From positions 2,332,436-2,396,435 of the forward strand of contig SMSO01000031.1 of the NCBI GenBank assembly GCA_004764695.1: a DNA stretch of 64,000 nt, in the 5' to 3' direction. Positions 1 to 12,391 of this stretch are shown in pieces. The translations under genes were made by a program, and so were the position numbers. Source of the stretch: Schizochytrium sp. TIO01. Taxonomy: Eukaryota > Protista > Bigyra: Labyrinthulomycetes. Position 1 is the stretch's first letter. Every line of letters starts with the position of its first letter. The notes beneath the pieces were generated by a model. The model saw nothing but the letters and a program-made list of their open reading frames with translations. It ran no database searches and had not been told where the DNA came from.

Positions 1-869
1 GAGCATGGCTTACGACGGATTGCCTCTCCAGGATTAGGCCTTCCTTAGATCTGCACTACTGTCGCTCATATATATATATATATATTCATGCTGGTGTTAT
101 TTTTCTCCATTTCGATCAGCACAACTCCTCTGAGAGAGAGAGTAATTTTGACAAGAGTTCAAGCCATATCGAACCTCATCAATTTTAAAATCAATCAAGC
201 AAGGAGTTCGTCTTAGAAATCCTGTTTGTTAAGCGTTCCAGCGAAACTCGAATTCCATACACGGTCATTACGCTGACCAGGGGAACCCGCTCCTCGGCTC
301 TCCCTTACGAGAAAGAAGAAGCGGCAGTGGCACCTTTCGCCGCCAAGATCTGCCACACCCTGTGCATCAATGATTGAAAGGATGAGTTCTATAAACGAAG
401 GAATTAATGAATTCTAACGGGACGCACGTATCTCTGTGCCACGGTTTGCAAGAGTCCCTGAGAGCCGCACGTGCACCTCGAAACTTTGTCACCAAGATTT
501 CGCGCCGCCTCTCTTTGCGGCCTGTTTTCTTTCGAGTTAGTTCTCTTGCGCGCCTGCTCTATGTACCTACCTACCTACCTGGCCGATCGCTTCCTGTGTC
601 TGATTTCGTTAGGAGCTTACAAGTCCAACTCGTCGTCCAGTTTCTCTGTCACGTGAGTGAGGCCATTCATTGCCTTCGGCCGCCAGTTCCTTCGGCTCGA
701 GTTCAACTCATAATTCTTTTCTTGAGCAGCTCGTCGTAACAGGATTCTTTCATAACCCGGTGTCACATCTATTTTTCAATTATTAAAAACTATTTATCCT
801 AAAACAAAAATTACAGTTTTATTATTACTACTGTTATCATTATTATACTACAAAAACATAATATATATA

Positions 870-909
<40 letters not shown>

Positions 910-1769
910 GCATCGCATTTTTTCAACATTGGCTCTCATATTAATTAGCTTGCTGGGAAATGCAATCTCCCGCTGGAATTGAGCGCCTCCCTTTGCGAGA
1001 TGGGTCCTACGCTTCGCTGACTCGCTCGTCGGTTCCCTCGAACAAGCCTCGGCCAGCCTGCAGGCAGGCACATGTCCTCTGCTCACCTCCTCACTCCCAA
1101 ACTCGCGCGTAGAGGAAAGGGCGCGATCTTCCGAAGCGGCAGCCAACTCAACTTCTTCAAGAGTTTTCCTCCCAATCGAAGAGAAGATTGAGTGACTGAC
1201 TGAGCGAGTCATCGAAACGCGCGTTTAGCGGCCAGGCTCCGGCTGCTCTGCCTTCGAGCTCAAGCAAGCTAGCAAGCAAGCAAGCTAGCAAGACGCGGCA
1301 CGACGCGGCGCGGGTTTCACGCGTGGGCGACTCTGCCGAGGCAGCCAGGACCAGAGCAGACCTTTCGGCGGCTTCTTTCGGGGCGCCTGATTGGCTGGCG
1401 AGGAGCAAGGATGCCCAAGCTGCCAAGGATAGGACAACTTGGAGTTCTTGGCACGTTTTCGAGGTCTGACTTTCTTACAAAAGGCCGAAGAAAGTACTGG
1501 TTTCGTCCATTTGGAGTGCAAAGCTAACTCTTGTTATTTTTAGCGCACTCACTCACTCACTCAGTCAGTCAGTCAGTCTGGCAGAAATCTTCTTGGACTG
1601 GACCTCGAGGCTCGCTCGATGCCAGGCCGTGGAGTGACGAGAGGGGCAATCCGAACGCTCTCCTTCCAGGCGCACGAAAGATCCGCTGCTGTCTGTCTAG
1701 GTTTAGGACTCGGGTCAGCTTGATCTTGACAGAAGGGTGCACCCTTCGGTGCTGACGTCATTTGGTCGT

Positions 1770-1880
1770 ATTGCATTGCATTGCATTGCATTGCATTGCA
1801 TTGCATTGCATTACATTACATTACATTACATTGCATTGCATTGTATTGTATTGCATTGGATTGGATTGGATTGGATTGCA
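1770..1880. repeat. Pentanucleotide microsatellite (CATTG)n drifting to (CATTA)n and (GATTG)n
   Basis: Tandem ttgcattgcattg...ttacattaca...ttggattgga read directly; it produces the spurious HCIAL-repeat ORFs. Confidence 0.95.
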
Positions 1881-4800
1881 ACTCGTGACGTCACAAGACT
1901 CTGGCCCTGGAAAGAAAGGTTTCTCGCGCTGCCTTGGGGTCAACGAGAGCTTCCTAAGCACAGGAGCGTTGGAGGCCAACTGCTGCGGCCATGCGTCTGT
2001 TGAAAACAACCGCGCGGCTGCCGAGTTTTTTAAAGCTGGAGTTGAGCAATCAAGATAATTTGTTCGACGGCGAGCGAGAGTGAGTGTGTACCTCAAAGAT
2101 ATTCTTTCTGAAACTGACAGAAACCGGAAAAGAGAAATGAGTAGTACTCTCTAGTGGTCTTTTTTGAATAGGGCAGCCATAGTGGTAGAAGGTGCTACTG
2201 GAATCAGTATGTAGCTCGTTTCTTCTGCGGCTTCTCGGCCTTTTAAAATCTCATCACGACGGACTTAAGGAGAAAACTGCGATGGGGCGCCCAACGATTA
2301 TGGAGAGGTAGGCGCCTACTCGCACGCTGGGGGTTTGAGAAAGGCCGTTCCGCAGCCAGCTAGCCAGCCAATCAGTCGGCCGCTGTACAGGTATTCTAAA
2401 AAGCTGCGAAGACTGAACAGCCGGTTCCGAAGAGCGTGATGAGTGAGTTTCACGACGAATTCTAGAAAATAAAATTCAAGCAAGAGCAAGCAAACGCAAA
2501 CAAGCCATCCTTCTTCTTCTTTTTTTTTTTGTTTTTGTTTTTTTGGAAAGGATTATTATCATTACGTGCTTACCTACTTGAACATTTTTCAAAAAACTTA
2601 ATAAATAAATAAATAAATAATAAAAATCATGCAAGTTGGTACCTAATTATTTTTTTTCTCTGTCTTTTCATTTTTTTTTTCCAACAAAGTGAAGAGAAGG
2701 GGAGAAGAAATATCTCGATTATCATTTTTCGTACCGTCCGCTGTCTTTCAGACTGCCTTTTCCACTCTCCTTCGATCGCCTCGGACGTCTCTAGCTTCAT
2801 CAAGGCTACTGCTTTCCCGTCCCTTAGGAAGGCAGTCAGGCTCTTTATCGGCTACCTAGCTGCCCAGCCACCTAGCTAGCTCTTGCTTTTCTGCCTTCGA
2901 GACGCTTTTCAAGCTCTCTCCGCCTTTTTGCACGTTTCGCTGCGCGAGTGCCGCCCCACAGAGGCCCCACAGCTAGCTCTACAACGCCCCCCCCCTCTCT
3001 GCCGCTAAACTTGTAACTTCATTACACTAATGACAACGGCCTCATTCTGCGCTTCCTGGCAGCAGGAAACTCTGTGAGCAGAGTGATGCCGGCTTTCTCA
3101 AATGTTTCAATTTCCTTTCGAAAGCGTAGCAAACTAGACGGCACTCTGTGATAGGCTGCGTTTGTCGATTTACTGGTCGGCGAGTTTTGCGCTCTCTGTG
3201 TGTATTTATTATCAATCGACAGATATGAGTTTGCTTTCGAAGTTTCGGGAGTGAAACTCGGAGTTTGAAATTGGGAGTGTGGATTCCGGGCTTCTCAAGT
3301 TAGAGCTGCGCTCAAAAAGGGGGTCCTTGCTTAAATGTAACAGACCTTGTCATGGAGGTGGTGGTGTGCTTGGAGCTGCTTTGCTTAGATAGCTGGGGTG
3401 ATTGATCCCGATGGCCAAGAAATAATAGAGGACAATCGCGCCATGAAGTATGGAGCAGAAGAAGAAAAAGGAGGAGTCAAGATGCTGGGGTTACTACCCT
3501 TTACAGTGTGGTTATTGTAAGAGAGTGAACCGGTTACTGAGGGACCAAGAGGTCGCAGAGGACCGCTTCGCTAGCCACGTTTTGCAGCGCAAGATCTACT
3601 ACGAGACAACAGGACGAGATACTTATGTTTGCAGAAAGCTTAGCGGATTTGGAGAGGGGTCAGGCTGGCACCTGGGCTTGACGACGTCATGCACAACGTC
3701 ACAAGTTGGGTCAGTCTGAAGCTCTTGATCGGTAATAAATCATCATAATGGCTCCTCACTGAGCAGGATGCACATGAATGATTTCCAAACAATATACATT
3801 TCGTTTCAAACTACAATTACTTGACTTAGCTTCTGCTAATGTAAACTCTTGACCTAAAATAGAAGCGCGTGCGAACATAGAAGGTGTGAAATTGTGAAGA
3901 CAGAAGATTCTTGCGACTTGTGATAGATATTGGCAGCTCTAATTAAAATCTGCGTTGTTCAGGTTCTAGCAGTTCTATCATGCACTGCCATTATGATGTT
4001 CTATGAGATCTTTCTAGCGGATCAATTGACGCAAGAAATCGCGTTTTCGCTGGCTTCTGATGTTCTATACTAAAGTGTTTTTCTTCCTGTGTCTTGGTAC
4101 ACACATATAGACTAATAACTAAGAAGAAAGAAGAAATATCTTTGTAATCAGAATCTACTAAAACTTCGGTAACAGTCCTTTACCTTTTTAAAATATAGAA
4201 GAAGATCTGTGAGTTTTAAAGATGCTAGTTAACAAACGCAATAAATTTAAATTCGTTAGGAGAAATCTAACGTGAGAGGCTAAGTTTTCCAAAGTCTGTA
4301 TGAATGGATGCAGAAAAGCTTCTTTGGAACAAGTCCAAGTGGACCAGCCACTTTGTCGGCGGCCTGATTACGCAGTCAGTTTACGGGTCTGCGATTTCAT
4401 ACTACTACAGAAAGGGATGGTCAATTCATTTGATGTGCGAGTTTGTTTTGTTTGAGTTTATTTCTCACAAAACGAATTGTAATAAGTATGCATCGTTGCA
4501 CACGGCTTGTGTCAATTATTTGTTTCCAGTATCAGTTGATTAGACCAAAATACCTGCACTCATAACTTCAAGTATTTGCTGGCCAATATGAGCTGAAATC
4601 TTGCATTATTTAATACACAAGCAAGCTCGGAAATCTCTACGTGAGATGCAGTGAATTCACCCCTCAAGAAAACTCATTGAAGCGTTGGATTGGCTGATTC
4701 ACCTAATCCTGTCACGGTCGACCCCATATTATTGAAGAAGATTGAATCCATTATGAATTGATGTCCAGATACTTGTTATATTCACATTATCTAGCTTTCC

Positions 4801-7506
4801 TCTAAACTTGACCAAAAGACAACACTGAAGGCAAAATTATATTTCAAAAGCTGTGTGCTCAGGGCAATGTGCTGCAGAGAGAGCGTTCGTGAGGACCTGG
4901 TTTTTCAAGACAGTGAGGATGGATGGACTAACAGAACAAACTACGGAAACGCATCATAATTTACAAACGAAATATGACCTTGAGAGAGACCTTCAATCAA
5001 CATTGATTCAGTGCAGGTATTTATTGATTTGACTATTATTTCATCATAACCATCTTGACCTTTGATCCCTGTAACTTATGCCTGCATGGAACTCACACCA
5101 GCCAGTCCTTGAAGGTGCTTGTCCTCGTGTTTTAGTCAATTCATAAGCGAATCAGCTAAATTGTAATTATACAGTAAACAATTCACTAATAGATAGAGGC
5201 AATAATCCCAGCCCGACTTTCTTTCTGCTGTTTCTTTTGACAGGCCGACTAGTTTATCGCGTACTGCTGTACGTTGCTTATCAACTTGTAATTACTCACG
5301 TTTGACATCTCGATGTTAGTAAAGTTTATACAAACTTAAAACCTACAGTCGCTCGTGCGCCTTAAACACATCAGTAGTGGTTCTAGGTTCTATCTGAGAC
5401 TTCCAGTTCTTCTTCGCCTTGAGGCCAGCTTGAAGCCTAGGGAAGCAAAATTATCTTTTGTTATCCTCCACTCAAGCTGCTGTCCTGAGATCCGCCTCAG
5501 AGGCTCTAGCTAATCTTTTTCCATGGCCAGCTCTTATGGCATTTCTGGGGGGGGGGTGGGGGGGTGGGGGGACTGGGGCTAGCTAGTCCTGCTCGCCACC
5601 CCTTTACCTTTTCAATCTTCTGAGGAATTATCAATTATCATTGTCTTTGGCGTTCTTAGTTGCAAATTCGCTAATGCATTGGCTCGAGTACTTGAAAACC
5701 AAATAAAACCGAGGCGTATTCTTCAACTCAATTCGACCTCTACTCAATGGTCACTCTGGCGACGATCCGCCAGCACCTGTTGGCTGACCAGCCTCTATAC
5801 AGACTTCAACAATATCTCCTACTCATAAAATTACACCCAGATTTGCTGCGCTAATCCTCTAACGCGAGGGACTGTAGGCCGTTACGGAAGAAAACCTTTT
5901 ATTCTAGAGGAGGCTAGCTTTCCTGCTCCTCCTCTGCCTTGTTGCTGGCGCAAACGCATTTAACCACTATATACTCGGCGCAACACCCTCCATGCTGCAG
6001 TTTTCCATCCCTTGTGCTCGCCAGCCGCAACGAATACAACGCCTTCTGAGTGAGAGATCTACTCTAAGCATCAAGAAGAAGGCATGAAATCAAAGCGTTC
6101 TCCTTCGTCCTCTTATAATACCTAGCTAGCTAGGCCTACCTACATACTAACTCTAGAGGTAGTATCCTTTGCTTTCATAAGAGAGGGCCGCTTCTGCTCT
6201 GCGTGGATATCAAGACGGTGCTCATGTCCATGCACCGCCCTTCGCTCAGCTGGCCAAAGCAGGCGCGCGGCCTCGCCTTGGCTCCGTGCTTACAGCAAGC
6301 AGGCAGCGTCGCCTTTAGCAGGCAGCGCCTAGTCGTTTGCCTCCGCTTGAAACGGCCAACGACACTCGCCATCGTGCTGTCCGAAGGGCTGTAATTTTGA
6401 TTTTGCAATCCTACCTACTACACCATAGAATCAATCAAGTCAATTACATCACGTTGTGCGATATTGCAATCGATGCTATTATGAAACAGGCAACTAACTG
6501 CTTACTATAAATGCTATCCCTCACTAGGCCTTTTTGGAACGAACAATTTCGATCCTAGATCTCGTTAGGTGCGCCTTAAGGGCCGCTAGGCCTTTGCTTT
6601 CCTGCACGCGTGCTTTGCAATGAGAGGTCGCTTATTTTACCTTCGACAAGGACTGAAAGTGCTGCTTACTTTTATGTGTGTGCGTAGATGTGTATTTATG
6701 TATGCATGCATTTATGTATGTAGGTGTGTACGTGTTACACGCAGGCCAACGCCTCGGGCAGCAGGTACGTACATACGTATCTCGATTTTCAACCAACTAG
6801 CCGTCTACTCCGGGGTACCTGTCTTACGTGACCCCGAGGTCCTGGGACCAAAGGTGTGCACCCTTTCTTCCAAGCTTAGGCAGAAAGACAGGCCCCTCGC
6901 GGATTTGGATCTCTTCGGCTTTCGCCCCACAGCTTAAGCGCAGGGCATCCGGGCGCCGTTTCTTGTAGCATGCGCGCCCCGGTTCTGCTGCTAGCTGAAT
7001 GGGGTTCGCGTAGTCTGCTGTTGCGGGACTCGGAGTGGAATCCAAGGGTTTTAAGGGCAGGATCGACGGCTGTTCTCAAATGGAGGAGACGGTGGTTGGA
7101 GGTGGCGCAAATCGTCGATCGCGCGCGCGCGCGCGCGCGCGTGTGTGTATGTATGTATGTATTTATGCGTGCCCGCTTTCGCCCGCTCGTATAGAGGGGT
7201 GAACGCTTCATGGAGCATCGGCTTCGCGCAGACTCCAACGATCAGCACCTGCCTGAAGGTAGACGGCACCTCTTATTATACAGGTAAGGGAACGGCACCT
7301 TTCCACCTTCCTTCCTCTCTGTTGATCCCTGCACATACGTGCTAAGTGTGTACGTATGAATGCATGTTTATGTGTAGTGCGCACTTGTTGATATTATTGA
7401 CTGGGAAAACAAAGGAGATAAGGACAGAAAGCGCAATACGTGGAGCCTGCTAAAGTCGCTGCGAATGAGGGAGAGCGAGTGGTCTTGGCGCAGCTCTCTC
7501 TGTGCC

Positions 7507-7579
7507 AAGCAAGCACAAGCAAGCACAAGCAAGCACAAGCAAGCACAAGCAAGCAGAAGCAAGCAGAAGCAAGCAAGCA
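7507..7579. repeat. Decanucleotide tandem repeat (AAGCAAGCAC/G)n
   Basis: aagcaagcac units repeated in tandem, read directly. Confidence 0.9.
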
Positions 7580-8551
7580 GTGCTGAGAGAGCGAGAGAAA
7601 CCTCGATTTATTTTTATCAAGTTCTTCCCCCACAGCGCACGCATGAGAGGCGTCCCCTCCAGACTTGGTTCGCCACTGGGATGGATTCTCTGGAGCTACC
7701 CCTGGCTCCACTGAGGAACCCCCCTCACAACCGCCCCGCAGTGGTTGGCCACCTTGCTTGCTTGCTTGCCTAGATAGCTAGCTAGCTAGCTAGCGCTCTG
7801 CATTTCGCTAGCAGGACCTCCCTCCCGCTCTTCGATGATATGCGTGCTATCTTTCTTTCTATATCTGCTCTTCTTCTGACGAATCCATCGATGGGTCAAT
7901 AATCAGAGTCAACCAAAGTCGATCATTCGGTCAGTCCGTTGATCAAAGTCGATCAATCAACCAATCAATCAACAGCCAATTGGCGTGATCCCGCTCTTCG
8001 CCCTTCTGGCGCTTTCTCTCCATGAGCGCCGATCATTCGAGTTGCGAAGGGGATTAATTAGACTGACTGACAGAGCGATGGCCTTTCGAAAGCAAAGCTT
8101 CTCTGCTCCGGAGAAGAGGAGACTGACAAATAAATGAAGAGGATGAAAGAAAGAGCAAAAGAAAGGAATCCTGTGAGGCAAGATAGGAAGTAGCAGAGCG
8201 CCCTCTCTCTTTTTGCGCTGCTTCGAGCTGCAGCTTGCGCCTCTGCTCAGGAGTTTGTTTACATGCACTATTGCAATTATTGTCTCTGCGGCGAGATGCC
8301 TCGAACGCTTCGGGCGCTATATCCCCATGAAATAGAAGACAAACCGATAGACAGATATGATTGATTGATTGATTGATTGATAGTTACTTCCTTCCTTCCT
8401 TCCTTACTTTTTGCTCTCTATTTGCATTACCTGCATCAAAACCAAATATTTAGTGCTGTTTTGTTTATTCTTTGTAAAATTCAATCAAAAAAAAAGATAG
8501 ACGCAGAGAGGCGACTTTCGCATCCCTTCTCTGGAACTGAGAAGCAGAACG

Positions 8552-8554
<3 letters not shown>

Positions 8555-8607
<53 letters not shown>

Positions 8608-8667
8608 CTGTTGATCGATGAGGTTGCCAAAGCTTGAATGTATGTATATACTACATGTATGAACGAA

Positions 8668-8707
<40 letters not shown>
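8555..8707. repeat. (CT)n and (TGTC)n microsatellites
   Basis: (CT)n at about 8555-8604 and (TGTC)n at about 8668-8707. Confidence 0.95.
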
Positions 8708-8708
<1 letters not shown>

Positions 8709-9182
8709 TGTGCAGCTGTAACTATCTATTTAAACTGGCCACCTCCAGAATAAACCATCGAAGGAATCGAGTTGACAAAGAAATGGCCAAAGCCAAGAAA
8801 TAAGTCATGGAACACGAGGATAAAGGAGCGAGCGAAGGAGGAGGCGATGCATGCCTAAGGCGTACGCAGAAATGCCGTGCTGCATGGACTTAGGATGCGA
8901 CTGTAATCTTTATCTTCTAAGAATCAGCGCTGCTGCTTGTTTGCTCAGGACTAAGAAGACCGTAGAGGCGGGAAAAAGAAAGAGCCTATCGCGAGCGAGA
9001 AAGGCCTTTCCTTCCTTCCTTCCTTTCCTCTCCTTGCCCAAGCTGGTCGTTGGGGCAGGGACACGGACTCAGTCTGGCTCGCTCCATCTCTCTCGCGCTG
9101 AGTGCGGAGCTGTGCCCATTGCGATCGCCGTCGTCGTTGGCCTTGGCTGGTTGGGAGGGAGGGAGTGATAGGGTAGAGAATC

Positions 9183-9215
<33 letters not shown>

Positions 9216-10447
9216 AGGGATCACGAAAGTAATCCATAATGTTTAGCTTACAATTTTAATTAGCTGATCAATTTTCGAATTAATTTCGCTCAGAGACAGA
9301 CGTGGAAATGGGAAAGAAAGAAAGAAAGAAAGCAAGAAAGATATATATGAATATATATATATATAGAGAGAGATGAAGTCGTCGAAGAAGAAGGACCTCG
9401 CTTGAAAAGAGGCCTCAGAAGACACGCCGCGGAGAGCGGACTTCGGAGAGCGGGACCTCAGAGGCCTCGATACGCGAGGCGAGGGGCGATATAGCGATGA
9501 TACACAGGCACGCGAGGCAGCGAGCGAGCGAGCCAGCCAGCCAGCCAGCCAGCCAGCAGCGAGGCCAACGAAGCAGGCACGCGAGAGGAGGAGAGCCGCT
9601 ACTTCTCTCCCTCTCTCTTGTTTGGAGAAGAAACCGAATGAAGGAGAGATTTGTTTTTAATTTCGAGCGGAGAAAACTTTGAATGAAAGAAAGAAAGTTT
9701 GAAAGTTTGAAAGTTTGAAGTTTGAAAGTTTGAAAGTTTCTTTTTCTCTCTCTCTCTCTGTCGCCGACTGTTTAGAGGATCGGCGAAGGGGTTATTACTT
9801 ACTCTCCCTCTGCTTTCGCTCACGATGGAGAATGGAGGAACCGATCAATAGACAAGTCAAGTCGATGGACTGATAGACTGATGGATGGATAGACTGATGG
9901 ATGGATGGATGGATGGACAGATCGATAGACTGACAGATAAATAGACTGATAGATAGATGGACGGATAGATCGATAGCCAGCTGCCGAGATGAAAGGGGTT
10001 GAGAGGGCGCCCTCTGCCCCACAGCGGGCGGGCCGAGGGCCCTCTCAGTCTGGCTCTGGAGACGGGAACTGGCGGCTCGGCTGTGCGGCTTTTTTCCCTG
10101 CCCCTCACAAGCGCGCGCAGGAAAGCACTCGCCGCCCCTCTCCGTGCTCTGGGCGCTCTCTCCCCGCAGCTCCCACAGCGGCGCCCCTCTCGCGCTCTGT
10201 AGATTTTTGCGGATATCTGGGCAGACCAGGGCGGCGGTTTACAGATACGAGCGCAGCGAGCGGCAGGTGAAACTTGTATGAAGGGCTCCGGAGCAGCAAA
10301 ACTACCGCAAGTACTCGATTCCTGACCCCCGTGAGGAGCGTAGATGCGGGAGGTAAGGAGGGAAAAAGCGGCGAGCGCAAGGAAAGGGAGGCAGAGAGTG
10401 AGAGTGCGGCCCTAATTATAAGCAGGCGAGCACAGCGGCGGCAGCAG

Positions 10448-10458
10448 TTCCCGCCAAA
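10448..10458. promoter_or_regulatory. Putative E2F-type site (TTCCCGCCAAA) upstream of the H1-like gene
   Basis: Matches the E2F consensus TTTGGCGGGAA on the minus strand, about 130 bp before the ATG at 10586. A TATA-like taattataa lies at about 10413-10421. Motif match only. Confidence 0.35.
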
Positions 10459-10585
10459 GGAGAGCAAAACCGCAACTCGGCAATCTCCGTCAAGTCCAAG
10501 ACACCAAGGTCTCCGCAAGCCTTCAACCGAGGTTTAGCAAAGCAAAGCAAGGCAAAGCCGCTTTTACGTGCATCTCTTTGAGAAA

Positions 10586-10957
10586 ATGAGCTCCGCCGCC
10601 GTCGCCATGCCTGTCCAGGACCGCGTCCTCCGTAAGCGCCCCGCCCCCGAGGCCAAGCCCGTGGAGGCCGTTGTTGAGCCCAAGAAGGCTCGCAAGCCTC
10701 GCGCAAAGGCTGCACCCAAGAAGGCCGTCACCCCCAAGGAGAAGGCTGCCCCCAAGCCCAAGAAGGAGAAGGCTGCCCCCAAGCCCAAGAAGGAGAAGGC
10801 CGCTCCTAAGCCCAAGAAGGAGAAGGCACCCCCTAAGCCCAAGGCTGAGCGCAAGAAGGCCGCCCCCAAGACCAAGAAGGCCGCCGCCGCTACTGAGCCG
10901 ACTGAGGAGAAGCCCGTCGAATCTGAGGTCTCTGAGACCAAGGAGGAGTCTGCCTAA
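10586..10957 (+). CDS. Histone H1-like Lys/Ala/Pro-rich protein (123 aa) with no globular domain
   Basis: ATG at 10586 in an aaaATG context. Strong codon bias (AAG, GAG, GCC, CCC) typical of highly expressed genes. KEKAAPKPK tandem repeats and KKAAPK motifs resemble H1 C-terminal tails; there is an acidic C-terminus. Confidence 0.75.
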   Translation: MSSAAVAMPVQDRVLRKRPAPEAKPVEAVVEPKKARKPRAKAAPKKAVTPKEKAAPKPKKEKAAPKPKKEKAAPKPKKEKAPPKPKAERKKAAPKTKKAAAATEPTEEKPVESEVSETKEESA

Positions 10958-11985
10958 GCTCGTTGTTGCACGCTCGCACAACTCGACGTTCTCTTTACAT
11001 TTTCTCTTATAGCGCATGCGCGAACCTGCGTAAGACCTACGCAAATGGTTCACAGCACCGGCAGCAAGCAAACCTTGGCAACGCATACCCCGATATATAT
11101 GACGACGGAAGAAGATGAGGCGAGGACTATGCAGTAGACGGCTGCTGAATCTCGCCAATGATATGATTGTAAGCAATTGATGTTATTTGTGTAACCCACG
11201 ACCTTACTTCCTTGAGTTTAGTACTTCTTGTCATAGACTACACCACATGTAGAATCCGGACTACTGCTTGGCTTCCCTGCACTTGCGTTACCCCGCTCTC
11301 AAGTTTTCTTTCATGTGTTAGGAAAAGATAAAGTTCTTGCTGCAGGGTTCACTTACCTCTCATGTACTTCTCTTGCAACTCCTCACTTTTGCCTTTTCTA
11401 TTTGAAACATGAATATGCACATGTCTTAGTTGCTACTATGTATCTGGAAACTAAGCAAGTAAGTGCAATTCAGTCCGATGCATCAAACATGAAACGTGCG
11501 ACTTCGTTTGTCTCCATGGCACTTTTCCAGCTGATGTAGGAGGGATGCGGATACTAACTCACTCTTTTGGTCGCCGTGCTTCATTTTAAACACAGATATG
11601 ACCAAGAAGAATTATGATCTTACCTTCTTTATTTTTTTATTTTTTTTTAAATTTAAAGTCGTCCGTACTAATTTTTGATGAAATGATGATTTTAAAGAAC
11701 AGATTAAGAAGATCAGTGACCATACATGAAAATGCGACAGAAAATTACTGTACTTAACTTTAAGATTAAGGGTGGTTATTGCACTGCTAATTATCATTGA
11801 CATGACTCAGACCTGCAGCTGCCTAAAGGGTGACACGAATGGATTCAGGGTCTCCTCCCATGCCACGCAGCAGATGGCGGACATGGTCAGAATGCTCCAC
11901 GCAGGTACCAAAAACGAAAGAAACTGGGTGCAAAGAATCGTCTCTAGTGCTGCGAACTTGTGTGTGTGTGCAAGTTCTTCGTGAT

Positions 11986-12070
11986 CACACGCGGTATCAG
12001 CCCATGCCCGGGGCCAGCGCATCGTGCGCTGACAGTGAATGGCTTTCCCGAACATGGACGTCATCATGCT
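11986..12070 (-). promoter_or_regulatory. SECIS element (type II-like) in the 3' UTR of the selenoprotein H gene
   Basis: Minus strand reads AUGAC-GUCCAUGUUCGGG-AAA-GCCA...UGGC-CCCGGGCAUGGGC-UGAU. This gives the A+UGAN/NGAN non-Watson-Crick core (12064-12060 / 11999-11996), a 13-bp helix II fully paired with WC or G-U pairs (12059-12047 / 12012-12000), unpaired AAA (12046-12044) and an apical mini-stem. Confidence 0.88.
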
Positions 12071-12391
12071 TGGCTGCTGCTGCGGTACGCTGCAAAGTGA
12101 CAGAAAAGATGTCCAATACCTTTTTGTATCAGTGTGATAGATGATATAAACTCATCTCGATGGAGGATTTGGAGTGCTCCATGCTTCAACTACATTAGTC
12201 GTCCCTGCCTTAGTTTCACTTAAACACAACAGAAGACTGAAGTATCATTCCTCCTCTTTCTACGACTTCAACATTTTACTTATCGTGGAACAATATCAAC
12301 ACGGTGTTAAAAAGTGAATAGCAGGTGAGTAACATACAACCAGAAACTCTGCTTGAAGTGTATTTAGGCAAGGGAGCCGATATAGAAGGGA

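Noticed and set aside
2230-2244. GCTTCTCGGCCTTTT, matching the 5' end of U2 snRNA as I recall it
   Set aside because: Similarity stops after 15 nt, with no GTAGTA branch-pairing sequence or Sm site downstream. Chance or a tiny fragment, not a gene.
10523-11176. Minus-strand Leu/Gly-rich ORFs and the alternative-frame Arg/Pro ORF over the H1-like gene
   Set aside because: Shadows of the repetitive, codon-biased plus-strand frame.
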